From Felis catus (lineage: Eukaryota), in contig NC_058368.1 in NCBI RefSeq assembly GCF_018350175.1, positions 171,370,001 to 171,434,000 on the forward strand: a stretch of DNA of 64,000 nt. Reading direction: 5' to 3'. Shown here in pieces: positions 1-11,740 of the stretch; position 1 is the first letter of the stretch; each line of letters opens with the position of its first letter. Under the pieces are notes generated by a model. The model did not search any database, was not told the DNA's origin, and saw nothing but the letters and a program-made list of their open reading frames with translations. The position numbers and the translations under genes are program-made.

Positions 1-185
1 AAAAAAAATAGTGTGGTACTGGCACAAAAAGAGATACATAGATCAATGAAACAGAATAGAGATCCCAGAAATAAACTCATGATTTATATGGTCAATTAAT
101 CTTTGAAAAAGGAGGCAAGAATATCCAAAGGGAAAAAGACAGTCTTTTCAACAAACAGTGTTGGGAAAACTGAACAGCTACATAC

Positions 186-298
186 AAAAAGAAAAAGAAA
201 AAGAAAAAGAGAAAGAAAAAGAGAAAGAAAAAGAAAAAGAAAAAGAAAAAGAAAAAGAAAAAGAAAAAGAAAAAGAAAAAGAAAAAGAAAGAAAGAAA
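186..298. repeat. (AAAAAG)n / (GAAA)n purine microsatellite inside an old L1 ORF2
   Basis: Directly visible; source of the spurious poly-KR, poly-KE and poly-F ORFs. Confidence 0.95.
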
Positions 299-642
299 GG
301 GAGGAAGAAACAACCACATTCTCACATCATACACAAAAACTCAAAATGGATTAAAGACCTAAATGTGAGACCTGAAACTATAAAAATCCTAAAAAAGAGC
401 ACAGACAGTAATTTCTCAGATATCAGTTGTAGCAACATTTTTATAGATATGTGTCCTCAGGCTAGTGGAACAAAAGTTAAAATAAACTATTAGGACTACC
501 TCAAAATAAAAACCTCTGCGAAGCACAGGAAACAATCAACAGAAGTAAAAGACAACCTACTCAATGGGAGAAAATACTTGCAAATGACATATCTGATAAA
601 GGGTTAGTCTCCAAAATATATAAAGAACTTATACAACTCAAC

Positions 643-677
<35 letters not shown>

Positions 678-1134
678 ACAGATAATCTAATTTTTAAAAA
701 CCCAGGCATTTCTCCAAAGAAGACATACAGATGGCCAACAGACACATGAAAAGATTCTCAACATCACTCATCATCAGGGAAATAAAAATCAAAACCACAA
801 TGAAATATCACCTCACACCTGTCAGAATGGCTAAAATAAAAAAAGAAACAAGTTGTTGGCAAGGATGTGGAGAAAAAGGAATCCTCATGCACCATTGGTG
901 GGAATGTAAACTGGTGCAGTCACCGTGGAAAACAGTATGGCTGTTCCTTAAAAAATTAAAAATAGAATTACCACACAATTTCACTAGTGGATATTTACCC
1001 AAAGAATACAAAAACACTAATTCAAAAAGATATATGCACCACTATGTTTATTGCAGCAATATTTACAATAGCCAAATTATGGAAGGAGCCCAAGTGTCCA
1101 TCAATAGATGAATGTATAAAAAAGACCTGATATT

Positions 1135-1334
1135 AGGCACCTGTTGATGCTCAGTTGAACATCAAACTCTTGATTTTGGCTCAGGTCATGATCCCAGGGT
1201 TGTGGGATTGAGCCCCATGTCAGGCTCTGCGCTGATCTTGGAGCCTATTTGAGATTCTTTCTCCCTCTCTCTCTCTCTCTCTCTCTCTGCCCCTCTACCC
1301 TGCTCTCTCTCTAATAAAAAAAATTTTTAATAAA
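1135..1334 (+). mobile_element. Can-SINE (older subfamily)
   Basis: tRNA-derived head, (CT)n, A-tail; degenerate TSD aaaaaagacctgatat / aaaaaagatgtgatat. Confidence 0.88.
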
Positions 1335-2009
1335 AAAAAAGATGTGATATATATATCTACACACACACAATGGAATATTACCCATCCATAAAAAAGAATG
1401 AAATCTTGTAATTAGCAACAATATGAATGGATATAGCGGGTAAAATGCTAAGTGAAATAAGTCAATCAGAGAAAGACAAATACCATATCATTTCAGTCAT
1501 ATGGGGAATTTAAGAAACAAAACAAACAAATTAAAAGAGAGACAAACTAAAATACTGATTCAAATATAGAGAACAAACTGATGGTTACCAGAGGGGAGGT
1601 GGGAGAAGAGATGGGTGAAATAGGTGATGGGGATTAAAGAGTACACTTATGATGAACACTGAAAAATCTATAGAATTTTTGAAGCACTACATTGTATACC
1701 TGAAACTAATAAAATACTGTATGTTAACTATCCTGGAATTAAAATTAAAATTTTTAAAAAATATAAAACACAATTTCTTAAAATGTTGTAACTGAACAGA
1801 CCCTAAATATTTTAGTCCTTCTAAAAAAGGTAAGCTGGGGTATATAACTAGTTGACATCAGAAATGAAGCTAAATTTCTATTTCACTCACTTTTTACTTG
1901 GCATACTCATTTTTACATTTCTATATTATTTCTCTACTGGCTCTTTCTAAATACACATATTCTTCACTGAACATGTCAGTCACCTCACTGTTTTGAGGAT
2001 TTTTATAAA

Positions 2010-2275
2010 AGAGCAACAAGAAAACATTGAAAGGTTTTTAATGGAAAAATGGCGTGACTCAATTTATGTTTCTAAAAGGTCTTTCCACTACATGGAGAAT
2101 GGATTAGAAGTATGCAAAGCAGACACCAAGAGACATGTAGTGTTGAAATGACAGCTAGGATTAGTGTAGGGCTCTATAAATGGAGAGAAGCAGACATATT
2201 TAAGATATATTTGAAGGTACAGTACATAAGACTCAGTGATAAATCTGATGGGTGATATGTAAGAAAGAATGACTC
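2010..2275 (-). mobile_element. LINE-2 relic
   Basis: Resembles the reverse complement of the L2 3' region (tttatgtttctaaaagg...tggagaatggattaga...agatatatttgaagg). Confidence 0.6.
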
Positions 2276-2289
2276 TTGGTGTTAGCTTT

Positions 2290-2308
2290 TTGTTTTAAGT
2301 TTATTTAT

Positions 2309-2348
<40 letters not shown>

Positions 2349-2521
2349 AGATCATTAGCAGGAGAGGGGGGGCAGAGGGTGAGGGAGAGAGAATTCCAAG
2401 CAGGCTCCACGCTGTCAGGGCAGAGCCAGATCTGGGGCTCGATGTCAGGAACCATGAGGATCATGACCTGAGGCAAAGTCAAGAGTCAGACACTTAACCC
2501 ACTGAGCCACCCAGGTGCCCC
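2290..2521 (-). mobile_element. Can-SINE
   Basis: Ends ...ctgagccacccaggtgcccc; (GA)n and T-rich tail on the left. Confidence 0.92.
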
Positions 2522-2713
2522 ATGCTTTTTATCAATTAGGAATATTTTTGTTTTAAGTTATGTTCTCCCTCTTGGACCTCTATTGTATTAATTCAGAGCA
2601 TACCTTACTTGTCAGTTTTCCCCACACTTCACCAGACTGTCAGTACAGTTGATTTATCTTCATCAGTGCTACTGTGCCCCCTTCCTGGTAGATTATCACC
2701 CAACCCCCCAAAG

Positions 2714-3016
2714 GAATTGACAACATGGGTTTGAACTGCACTAGTCCACTTATATGTGTATTTTTTTTTTGATACAGTACAGTACTATAAATGTATTTTC
2801 TCTTATGATTTTAATGACATTTTTTTTCTCTAGTACTTTAAGAATATAGTATAGATTACATGTAATATACAAAATATGTGTTAATCTACTGCTTATGTTA
2901 ACAGTAAGGCTTCCAGTCAACAGTAGGCTATTAGTAGTTACTTACGGTGAAAGTCAAAAGTTATACTTGGGTTTTCATCTGCGTGGGGATTGGTTCCCCA
3001 TGGTTCAAAGGTCAAA
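2714..3016 (+). mobile_element. Tigger2-like (TcMar-Tigger) non-autonomous DNA transposon
   Basis: ttgacaacatgggtttgaactgcactagtccacttat at the left end and ggttcaaaggtcaa at the right end resemble Tigger2/MER28 termini. Confidence 0.7.
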
Positions 3017-3129
3017 ATCAAACCATCATTGAGCTGTACACCTTAAACTTATACAGTAATGTATATCAATTATTTCTTAATATACAGTGGTGTATATTAA
3101 TTATTTCTTAATAAAACTGGGGTAAAAAT

Positions 3130-3535
3130 AACTCTCTCAATTCAACAGTAAAAAGGCAAATACTCAAGTTTTAAAGTGGGGGAAAAAAAGATTTAAAATA
3201 CCTTCATTTTCCAAAGAAGGTATATGGATAGCCAGTAAGTACACGGAAAGATACTCAGCATCATTAGTTACGAGGGAAATGCAAATCAAAACCACAATGA
3301 GGTATCAGTTCACACCATTAAGATGACTATTATCAAGAAGACATGCAGTTACAAGTGTTGGTGAGGATGTGGAAAAATTGAAACTCTCACACATTGCCAG
3401 TGAGGATATAAAGTAATATTGCCACTATGGGAAACAGTTGGCAGTAACTCAAAATATTATACATAGAGTTACTATATAACCCAGCAATTTCTACATATGA
3501 AACTTATAAAAACTGATGTATTAAAAAGTATATGA
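3130..3535 (+). mobile_element. Old L1 (L1MB-like) ORF2 3' fragment, left half; target of the young L1 insertion
   Basis: Degenerate ORF2 end (gaaatgcaaatcaaaaccacaatgag...gtgttggtgaggatgtgga); continues colinearly after 9504. Confidence 0.85.
3523..3535 (+). repeat. Left TSD of the young L1 (AAAAAGTATATGA), preceded by TT (L1 endonuclease TT/AAAA site)
   Basis: Identical 13-mer at 9492-9504. Confidence 0.95.
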
Positions 3536-4465
3536 GAGGGAAGCGGCAAGATGGCGGCTTAGGAGGACGCTGGGCTCACCGCGCGTCCTGCTGATCACTT
3601 AGATTCCACCTACACCTGCCTAAATAACCCAGAAAACCGCCAGAGGATTAGCAGAACGGAGTCGCCGGAGCCAAACGCAGACGAGAGGCCCACGGAAGAG
3701 GGTAGGAAGGGCGGCGTGGCGGTGCGCGCTCCACGGACTGGCGGGAGGGAGCCGGGGCGGAGGGGCGGCTCGCCGGCCAAGCAGAGCCCCCGAGTCTGGC
3801 TGGCAAAAGCGGAGGGGCCTGACGGACTGTGTTCCCACAACAAGCGCGACTTAGCGTCTGGGAGGTCATAAGTTAACAGCTCTGCTCGGAAAGCGGGAAG
3901 GCTGGAGGACAAAGGGAGGGAGAGCTGCTGAGACCCCTGACGACAGAGCTCAGCTTGGTGGGGAACAAAGGCGCTCGCCAGCGCCATCTCCCCCGCCCAT
4001 CCCCCAGCCAAAATCCCAAAGAGAACCAGTTCCTGCCAGGGAACTTGCTCGCTCCGCGCAAACACCCAACTCTGTGCTTCTGCGGAGCCAAACCTCCGGC
4101 AGCGGATCTGACTCCCTCCCGCTGCCACAGGGCCCCTCCTGAAGAGGATCACCTAAGGAGAAGCGATCTAAGCCTGCCCCTCCTACCCCCGTGCACCTTG
4201 CCTACCCACCCCAGCTAATACGCCAGATCCCCAGCATCACAAGCCTGGCAGTGTGCAAGTAGCCCAGACGGGCCACACCACCCCACAGTGAATCCCGCCC
4301 CTAGGAGAGGGGAAGAGAAGGCACACACCAGTCTGACTGTGGCCCCAGCGGTGGGCTGGGGGCAGACATCAGGTCTGACTGCGGCCCCGCCCACCAACTC
4401 CAGTTATACACCACAACACAGGGGAAGTGCCCTGCAGGTCCTCACCACGCCAGGGACTATCCAAA
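3536..4465 (+). promoter_or_regulatory. L1 5'UTR / internal Pol II promoter (CpG island), with YY1 motif CAAGATGGCGG at 3547-3557
   Basis: High GC with undepleted CpG; YY1 motif at +12 to +22, as in other mammalian L1s; the only sense ATG before ORF1 opens a 3-codon uORF (ATG GCG GCT TAG, 3551-3562). Confidence 0.9.
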
Positions 4466-5359
4466 ATGACCAAGCGGAAGAATTCCCCTCAGAAGAATCT
4501 CCAGGAAATAACAACAGCTAATGAACTGATCAAAAAGGATTTAAATAATTTAACAGAAAGTGAATTTAGAATAATAGTCATAAAATTAATCGCTGGGCTT
4601 GAAAACAGTATACAGGACAGCAGAGAATCTCTTGCTACAGAGATCAAGGGACTAAGGAACAGTCACGAGGAGCTGAAAAACGCTTTAAACGAAATGCATA
4701 ACAAAATGGAAACCACCACAGCTCGGCTTGAAGAGGCAGAGGAGAGAATAGGTGAACTAGAGGATAAAGTTATGGAAAAAGAGGAAGCTGAGAAAAAGAG
4801 AGATAAAAAAATCCAGGAGTATGAGGGGAAAATTAGAGAACTAAGTGATACACTAAAAAGAAATAATATACGCATAATTGGTATCCCAGAGGAGGAAGAG
4901 AGAGGGAAAGGTGCTGAAGGGGTACTTGAAGAAATAATAGCTGAGAACTTCCCTGAACTGGGGAAGGAAAAAGGCATTGAAATCCAAGAGGCACAGAGAA
5001 CTCCCTTCAGACGTAACTTGAATCGATCTTCTGCACGACATATCATAGTGAAACTGGCAAAATACAAGGATAAAGAGAAAATTCTGAAAGCAGCAAGGGG
5101 TAAACGTGCCCTCACATATAAAGGGAGACCTATAAGACTCGTGACTGATCTCTCTTTTGAAACTTGGCAGGCCAGAAAGAATTGGCACGAGATTTTCAGG
5201 GTGCTAGACAGAAAAAATATGCAGCCGAGAATCCTTTACCCAGCAAGTCTGTCATTTAGAATAGAAGGAGAGATAAAGGTTTTCCCAAACAAACAAAAAC
5301 TGAAGGAATTTGTCACCACTAAACCAGCCCTACAAGAGATCCTAAGGGGGACCCTGTGA
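4466..5359 (+). CDS. ORF1: LINE-1 ORF1p (297 aa; coiled coil, RRM and CTD nucleic-acid chaperone)
   Basis: First ATG at 4466 ([10 protein letters not shown]); heptad-rich region; [25 protein letters not shown] and YPASLSF motifs; no stops or frameshifts. Confidence 0.96.
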   Translation: MTKRKNSPQKNLQEITTANELIKKDLNNLTESEFRIIVIKLIAGLENSIQDSRESLATEIKGLRNSHEELKNALNEMHNKMETTTARLEEAEERIGELEDKVMEKEEAEKKRDKKIQEYEGKIRELSDTLKRNNIRIIGIPEEEERGKGAEGVLEEIIAENFPELGKEKGIEIQEAQRTPFRRNLNRSSARHIIVKLAKYKDKEKILKAARGKRALTYKGRPIRLVTDLSFETWQARKNWHEIFRVLDRKNMQPRILYPASLSFRIEGEIKVFPNKQKLKEFVTTKPALQEILRGTL

Positions 5360-5409
5360 GACAAAGTCCCAGAGACATCACTACAAGCATAAATCATACA
5401 GACATCACA

Positions 5410-8400
5410 ATGACTCTCAACCCGTATCTTTCTATAATAACACTGAATGTAAATGGATTAAATGCACCAACCAAAAGACATAGGGTATCAGAATGGATAA
5501 AAAAACAAGACCCATCTATTTGCTGTCTACAAGAGACTCATTTTAGACCTGAGGACACCTTTAGATTGAGAGTGAGGGGATGGAGAACTATTTATCATGC
5601 GACTGGAAGCCAAAAGAAAGCTGGAGTAGCCATACTTATATCAGACAAACTAGACTTTAAATTAAAGGCTGTAACAAGAGATGAAGAAGGACATTATATA
5701 ATAGTTACAGGGTCTATCCATCAGGAAGAGCTAACAATTATAAATGTCTATGCGCCGAATACCGGAGCCCCCAAATATATAAAACAATTACTCATAAACA
5801 TAAGCAATCTTATTGATAAGAATGTGGTAATTGCAGGGGACTTTAACACCCCACTTACAGAAATGGACAGATCATCTAGACACACGATCAATAAAGAAAC
5901 AAGGGCCCTGAATGAGACATTGGATCAGATGGACTTGACAGATATATTTAGAACGCTGCATCCCAAAGCAACAGAATATACTTTCTTCTCGAGTGCACAT
6001 GGAACATTCTCCAAGATAGATCACATACTGGGTCACAAAACAGCCCTTCATAAGTTTACAAGAATTGAAATTATACCATGCATACTTTCAGACCACAATG
6101 CTATGAAGCTTGAAATCAACCACAGGAAAAAGTCTGGAAAACCTCCAAAGGCATGGAGGTTAAAGAACACCCTACTAACGAATGAGTGGGTCAACCAGGC
6201 AATTAGAGAAGAAATTAAAAAATATATGGAAACAAACGAAAATGAAAATACAACAATCCAAACGCTTTGGGACGCAGCGAAGGCAGTCCTGAGAGGAAAA
6301 TACATTGCAATCCAGGCCTATCTCAAGAAACAAGAAAAATCCCAAATACAAAATCTAACAGCACACCTAAAGGAACTAGAAGCAGAACAGCAAAGGCAGC
6401 CTAAACCCAGCAGAAGAAGAGAAATAATAAAGATCAGAGCAGAAATAAACAATATAGAATCTAAAAAAACTGTAGAGCAGATCAACGAAACCAAGAGTTG
6501 GTTTTTTGAAAAAATAAACAAAATTGACAAACCTCTAGCCAGGCTTCTCAAAAAGAAAAGGGAGATGACCCAAATAGATAAAATCATGAATGAAAATGGA
6601 ATTATTACAACCAATCCCTCAGAGATACAAACAATTATCAGGGAATACTATGAAAAATTATATGCCAACAAACTGGACAACCTGGAAGAAATGGACAAAT
6701 TCCTGAACACCCACACTCTTCCAAAACTCAATCAGGAGGAAATAGAAAGCTTGAACAGACCCATAACCAGTGAAGAAATTGAATCGGTTATCAAAAATCT
6801 CCCAACAAATAAGAGTCCAGGACCAGATGGCTTCCCAGGGGAGTTCTACCAGACGTTTAAAGCAGAGATAATACCTATCCTTCTCAAGCTATTCCAAGAA
6901 ATAGAAAGGGAAGGAAAACTTCCAGACTCATTCTATGAAGCCAGTATTACTTTGATTCCTAAACCTGACAGAGACCCAGTAAAAAAAGAGAACTACAGGC
7001 CAATATCCCTGATGAATATGGATGCAAAAATTCTCAATAAGATACTAGCAAATCGAATTCAACGGCATATAAAAAGAATTATTCACCATGATCAAGTGGG
7101 ATTCATTCCTGGGATGCAGGGCTGGTTCAACATTCGCAAATCAATCAACGTGATACATCACATTAACAAAAAAAAAGAGAAGAACCATATGATCCTGTCA
7201 ATCGATGCAGAAAAGGCCTTTGACAAAATCCAGCACCCTTTCTTAATAAAAACCCTTGAGAAAGTCGGGATAGAAGGAACATACTTAAAGATCATAAAAG
7301 CCATCTATGAAAAGCCCACAGCTAACATCATCCTCAACGGGGAAAAACTGAGAGCTTTTTCCCTGAGATCAGGAACACGACAAGGATGCCCACTCTCACC
7401 GCTGCTGTTTAACATAGTGCTGGAAGTTCTAGCATCAGCAATCAGACAACAAAAGGAAATCAAAGGCATCAAAATTGGCAAAGACGAAGTCAAGCTTTCG
7501 CTTTTTGCAGATGACATGATATTATACATGGAAAATCCGATAGACTCCACCAAAAGTCTACTAGAACTGATACAGGAATTCAGCAAAGTTGCAGGATACA
7601 AAATCAATGTACAGAAATCAGTTGCATTCTTATACACTAACAATGAAGCAACAGAAAGACAAATAAAGAAACTGATCCCATTCACAATTGCACCAAGAAG
7701 CATAAAATACCTAGGAATAAATCTAACCAAAGATGTAAAGGATCTGTATGCTGAAAACTATAGAAAGCTTATGAAGGAAATTGAAGAAGATTTAAAGAAA
7801 TGGAAAGACATTCCCTGCTCATGGATTGGAAAAATAAATATTGTCAAAATGTCAATACTACCCAAAGCTATCTACACATTCAATGCAATCCCAATCAAAA
7901 TTGCACCAGCATTCTTCTTGAAACTAGAACAAGCAATCCTAAAATTCATATGGAACCACAAAAGGCCCCGAATAGCCAAAGGAATTTTGAAGAAGAAGAC
8001 CAAAGCAGGAGGCATCACAATCCCAGACTTTAGCCTCTACTACAAAGCTGTCATCATCAAGACAGCATGGTATTGGCACAGAAACAGACACATAGACCAA
8101 TGGAATAGAATAGAAACCCCAGAACTAGACCCACAAACGTATGGCCAACTCATCTTTGACAAAGCAGGAAAGAACATCCAATGGAAAAAAGACAGCCTCT
8201 TTAACAAATGGTGCTGGGAGAACTGGACAGCAACATGCAGAAGGTTGAAACTAGACCACTTTCTCACACCATTCACAAAAATAAACTCAAAATGGATAAA
8301 GGACCTAAATGTGAGACAGGAAACCATCAAAACCTTAGAGGAGAAAGCAGGAAAAGACCTCTCTGACCTCAGCCGTAGCAATCTCTTACTCGACACATCC

Positions 8401-9234
8401 CCAAAGGCAAGGGAATTAAAAGCAAAAGTGAATTACTGGGACCTTATGAAGATAAAAAGCTTCTGCACAGCAAAGGAAACAACCAACAAAACTAAAAGGC
8501 AACCAACGGAATGGGAAAAGATATTCGCAAATGACATATCGGACAAAGGGCTAGTATCCAAAATCTATAAAGAGCTCACCAAACTCCACACCCGAAAAAC
8601 AAATAACCCAGTGAAGAAATGGGCAGAAAACATGAATAGACACTTCTCTAAAGAAGACATCCGGATGGCCAACAGGCACATGAAAAGATGTTCAGCGTCG
8701 CTCCTTATCAGGGAAATACAAATCAAAACCACACTCAGATATCACCTCACGCCAGTCAGAGTGGCCAAAATGAACAAATCAGGAGACTCTAGATGCTGGA
8801 GAGGATGTGGAGAAACGGGAACCCTCTTGCACTGTTGGTGGGAATGCAAATTGGTGCAGCCGCTCTGGAAAGCAGTGTGGAGGTTCCTCAGAAAATTAAA
8901 AATAGACCTACCCTATGACCCAGCAATAGCACTGCTAGGAATTTATCCAAGGGATACAGGAGTACTGATGCATAGGGCCACTTGTACCCCAATGTTCATA
9001 GCAGCACTCTCAACAATAGCCAAATTATGGAAAGAGCCTAAATGTCCATCAACTGATGAATGGATAAAGAAATTGTGGTTTATATACACAATGGAATATT
9101 ACGTGGCAATGAGAAAAAATGAAATATGGCCTTTTGTAGCAACGTGGATGGAACTGGAGAGTGTGATGCTAAGTGAAATAAGCCATACAGAGAAAGACAG
9201 ATACCATATGGTTTCACTCTTATGTGGACCCTGA
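5410..9234 (+). CDS. ORF2: LINE-1 ORF2p (1274 aa; APE endonuclease, reverse transcriptase, CCHC domain)
   Basis: ATG at 5410 ([18 protein letters not shown]); EN motifs LQETH, GDFN, KIDH, SDH; PIP box [10 protein letters not shown] motifs [38 protein letters not shown]. Confidence 0.97.
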   Translation: MTLNPYLSIITLNVNGLNAPTKRHRVSEWIKKQDPSICCLQETHFRPEDTFRLRVRGWRTIYHATGSQKKAGVAILISDKLDFKLKAVTRDEEGHYIIVTGSIHQEELTIINVYAPNTGAPKYIKQLLINISNLIDKNVVIAGDFNTPLTEMDRSSRHTINKETRALNETLDQMDLTDIFRTLHPKATEYTFFSSAHGTFSKIDHILGHKTALHKFTRIEIIPCILSDHNAMKLEINHRKKSGKPPKAWRLKNTLLTNEWVNQAIREEIKKYMETNENENTTIQTLWDAAKAVLRGKYIAIQAYLKKQEKSQIQNLTAHLKELEAEQQRQPKPSRRREIIKIRAEINNIESKKTVEQINETKSWFFEKINKIDKPLARLLKKKREMTQIDKIMNENGIITTNPSEIQTIIREYYEKLYANKLDNLEEMDKFLNTHTLPKLNQEEIESLNRPITSEEIESVIKNLPTNKSPGPDGFPGEFYQTFKAEIIPILLKLFQEIEREGKLPDSFYEASITLIPKPDRDPVKKENYRPISLMNMDAKILNKILANRIQRHIKRIIHHDQVGFIPGMQGWFNIRKSINVIHHINKKKEKNHMILSIDAEKAFDKIQHPFLIKTLEKVGIEGTYLKIIKAIYEKPTANIILNGEKLRAFSLRSGTRQGCPLSPLLFNIVLEVLASAIRQQKEIKGIKIGKDEVKLSLFADDMILYMENPIDSTKSLLELIQEFSKVAGYKINVQKSVAFLYTNNEATERQIKKLIPFTIAPRSIKYLGINLTKDVKDLYAENYRKLMKEIEEDLKKWKDIPCSWIGKINIVKMSILPKAIYTFNAIPIKIAPAFFLKLEQAILKFIWNHKRPRIAKGILKKKTKAGGITIPDFSLYYKAVIIKTAWYWHRNRHIDQWNRIETPELDPQTYGQLIFDKAGKNIQWKKDSLFNKWCWENWTATCRRLKLDHFLTPFTKINSKWIKDLNVRQETIKTLEEKAGKDLSDLSRSNLLLDTSPKARELKAKVNYWDLMKIKSFCTAKETTNKTKRQPTEWEKIFANDISDKGLVSKIYKELTKLHTRKTNNPVKKWAENMNRHFSKEDIRMANRHMKRCSASLLIREIQIKTTLRYHLTPVRVAKMNKSGDSRCWRGCGETGTLLHCWWECKLVQPLWKAVWRFLRKLKIDLPYDPAIALLGIYPRDTGVLMHRATCTPMFIAALSTIAKLWKEPKCPSTDEWIKKLWFIYTMEYYVAMRKNEIWPFVATWMELESVMLSEISHTEKDRYHMVSLLCGP

Positions 9235-9453
9235 GAATTTAACAGGAACCCATGGGGGAGGGGAAGGAAAAAAAAAAAAAAAAACAGGTTAGAGTGGGAG
9301 AAGCCAAAGTATAAGAGACTCTTAAAAACTGAGAACAAACTGAGGGTTGATGGGGGGTGGGAGGGAGGAGAGGGTGGGTGATGGGTATTGAGGAGGGCAC
9401 CTTTTGGGATGAGCACGGGGTGTTGTATGGAAACTAATTTGTCAATAAATTTC

Positions 9454-9499
<46 letters not shown>

Positions 9500-9504
9500 T
9501 ATGA

Positions 9505-9958
9505 ATAGTGGAAACAACCCAAATGTCCATCAACTGATGAAAGGATAAACAAAATGTGCTCTATCCATGCATTGGAATACTATTTGGCAATAAAAAAGAA
9601 TGAAGTACCGACACACACAGTAAGGATTAACCTCAAAAACATTGTGTTAATGAAGAAAGTCAGGCAAAAGGCCACATATTATATGATTCCATTTATATAA
9701 AATGTCCAGAATAGGCAAACTTATAGAGATAAAAGTAGATTAGTGGTTTTCAGGAGCTGAGGGAAAATGTGAGGTAGGGGAGGGGAGTGATTATTAATGG
9801 GTTATAGGATTTATTCTTGGCATGATGAAATGTTCTAAAATTAGATTTTGTGATATTACACAATGTTTTATGTACAATAAAAAACATTAAACTGTGTGTA
9901 CATTTTAAATGAGTGAACTCTAAGTGATATAAATCATATATCAATAAGATTTCTTAAA
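9505..9958 (+). mobile_element. Old L1 (L1MB-like) 3' end, right half
   Basis: gtggaaacaacccaaatgtccatcaactgatga then an L1MB-type 3'UTR (ccagaataggcaaa...tgatgaaatgttctaaaattaga). Confidence 0.85.
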
Positions 9959-10290
9959 AGCATATTCACAGCAAAACTGTAACAAAAGAAAACTGAAAAT
10001 AATCTAAATATCATCAACAATAGAACAAATAAACTTGAATATGCATGCCCTACAATATCCACAGAAGTAGAAATGAGTGAGCTTTGTAAGAGCATAGAGA
10101 AAAACCACAAAAACATATCACTGAATAGTAGGAGGAAGTTACAGAAGTACCCAGAATAATTCCATGTATGGAATTCAAATAGGTAAAAATAATCAAAGTA
10201 ACACTTCTTTGACTCGATTATTCACTTAAAGGGAAAAAAAAATCCATGTTATAGTTAACAATTTGTCTATATTATAAAAAACTTTAATTT

Positions 10291-10437
10291 TATTTATTTA
10301 TTTGTTTGTTTGTTTTTAAGTAGGCTTCATGTCCAGCATGGAGCCCAACACAGGACTTAAACTCATGACTCTGAGATCAAAAGCTGAGCTGAGATCAAGA
10401 TTTGGATGCTTAAGTGACTGAGCCACCGAGACACCCC
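10291..10437 (-). mobile_element. Short Can-SINE
   Basis: SINE head at the right; TSD aaactttaatttt on both sides. Confidence 0.88.
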
Positions 10438-10932
10438 AAGAAACTTTAATTTTTAAAGTTAAAGATCATTCTGCTGTGTAAAAAGCCTTCCTCTCTAAAA
10501 ATAAGCCCTAGCAACGTCTTTATCTTCACTCTGTACTTTATTTTACCAAATTCTTATTCAATGAAAGTTAAAAGAAAATAACAATCTCTTGACACCAGAA
10601 ATGTCAACATAGGTGGTAAAAACTAAACATTACAAAAACATCCACTAAACATGGCAAACACAAGAGTCAGCCCGTATTCTATCCTACTGAGAGTGATAGC
10701 ATGTTAACAGTACAAATGAGGGCAGGAGCTTCTATTCCAACTGGGCATGAAAGACTTCGTAGAGCTTCAGAGTATTTCAAGAACTTCTGCTTCAAATAGA
10801 AACAGGTTGTGAAATAGAGAACGTTTAAAAGCAAACTTTCTTTTGAGGCCATTTTCTCCTTTCACAATTCTCTGCTTACATATTTACAGTCTGATTAAAT
10901 GAGAAATAAAATTACAGTGCTCCCACACTTAC

Positions 10933-10976
10933 CAATTTTCCATGTGGTTTGCAAGATGATTTGGGTGGTATCGTTT
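10933..10976 (-). other. Candidate internal exon (44 nt) of an unidentified minus-strand transcript
   Basis: Acceptor ccctcgcttctctttcag| and donor TTG|gtaagt; open in all three frames; non-repetitive sequence. Confidence 0.4.
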
Positions 10977-11740
10977 CTGAAAGAGAAGCGAGGGACAAGA
11001 TCAATGGGTTTCTGGGTTCGACTAACAGGAGATTCTGATTCAGTGAGGCTTAAACATGTGAATATTTTGAAAGGCACCACCAGAAATTTTAAGGAAACCA
11101 CTGAATTATAGACTTCTTAAAGTCTATAAGTGACAGGCCCGTGACAGTGCCAGTTTGACATTATAAAATATGATAACTGTGTAAAGCAACTAGCTAGTTA
11201 GCAACATCAGAATGGCACAGGGCTGGTCAAGTCATCAAATCACAGATCTTGGAACATAAGCAGAGTCTGCTCTATGATAAGCAGAATAGCTGTCTTATCT
11301 AGTCAGAAAAACTGAAATCACACTCCAGTAGGAAGGCCCAACATTTGTTGAACACAAAATCAGTAACCAGAATGCATTCCTTAAGTAATGTACATTCCTC
11401 AAGTAATGTACATTCCTCAAGGTACTTACTCCCAGGGAAAACGAGAAATTACATGATAAGGAGTTCTCATTCTCCAGGTATGTGCTAATATTTTTCTTCT
11501 AGATAGGTGTAAATAATCTCTACATTGTGATTGGGTCTCAGTTTTTAGCCAAAGATTTTTGTGCCTTTTTGCAAAAATGGACATTAGGAAACAAGAGAAA
11601 ATTGTTAAGATCCAGATTTCTCTATTTCTCTAACGTAGCAATGAAGCAGTAGCACAGTATGTAAAACAAAAAAACAAAACAACAACAACAAAAAAAAAAA
11701 CCAAACAGCTGGAACTAAGGCAGAAACAGGTAGAACTAAC

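Larger units (their letters stand above)
1..1767 (+). mobile_element. 3' part of a decayed carnivore LINE-1 (ORF2 C-terminus plus 3'UTR), runs off the left edge of the window
   Basis: Frameshifted ORF2 fragments ([34 protein letters not shown] zinc-knuckle remnant), then an L1 3'UTR and A-rich end; interrupted by a SINE and an expanded A-rich repeat. Confidence 0.92.
3536..9491 (+). mobile_element. Full-length, apparently intact feline LINE-1 (L1_Fc-type)
   Basis: About 930-nt CpG-rich 5'UTR, open ORF1 and ORF2, G-rich 3'UTR, AATAAA at 9444-9449, A-run at 9459-9496, perfect 13-bp TSD. Confidence 0.98.

Noticed and set aside
92..493. Poly-F, poly-KR and poly-KE ORFs
   Set aside because: Translations of the (AAAAAG)n microsatellite fused to decayed L1 sequence
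4427..4465. ORF1 N-terminal extension from the GTG at 4427 in the ORF track
   Set aside because: The first ATG at 4466 gives a typical basic ORF1p N-terminus; nothing supports GTG use
4663..8396. Several antisense ORFs of 85-150 aa within L1 ORF1 and ORF2
   Set aside because: Expected shadow frames opposite an A-rich coding strand; S/F/L-rich with no domain
9459..9560. Possible 3' transduction after the young L1
   Set aside because: The poly(A) abuts the TSD directly and the downstream sequence continues the pre-existing old L1
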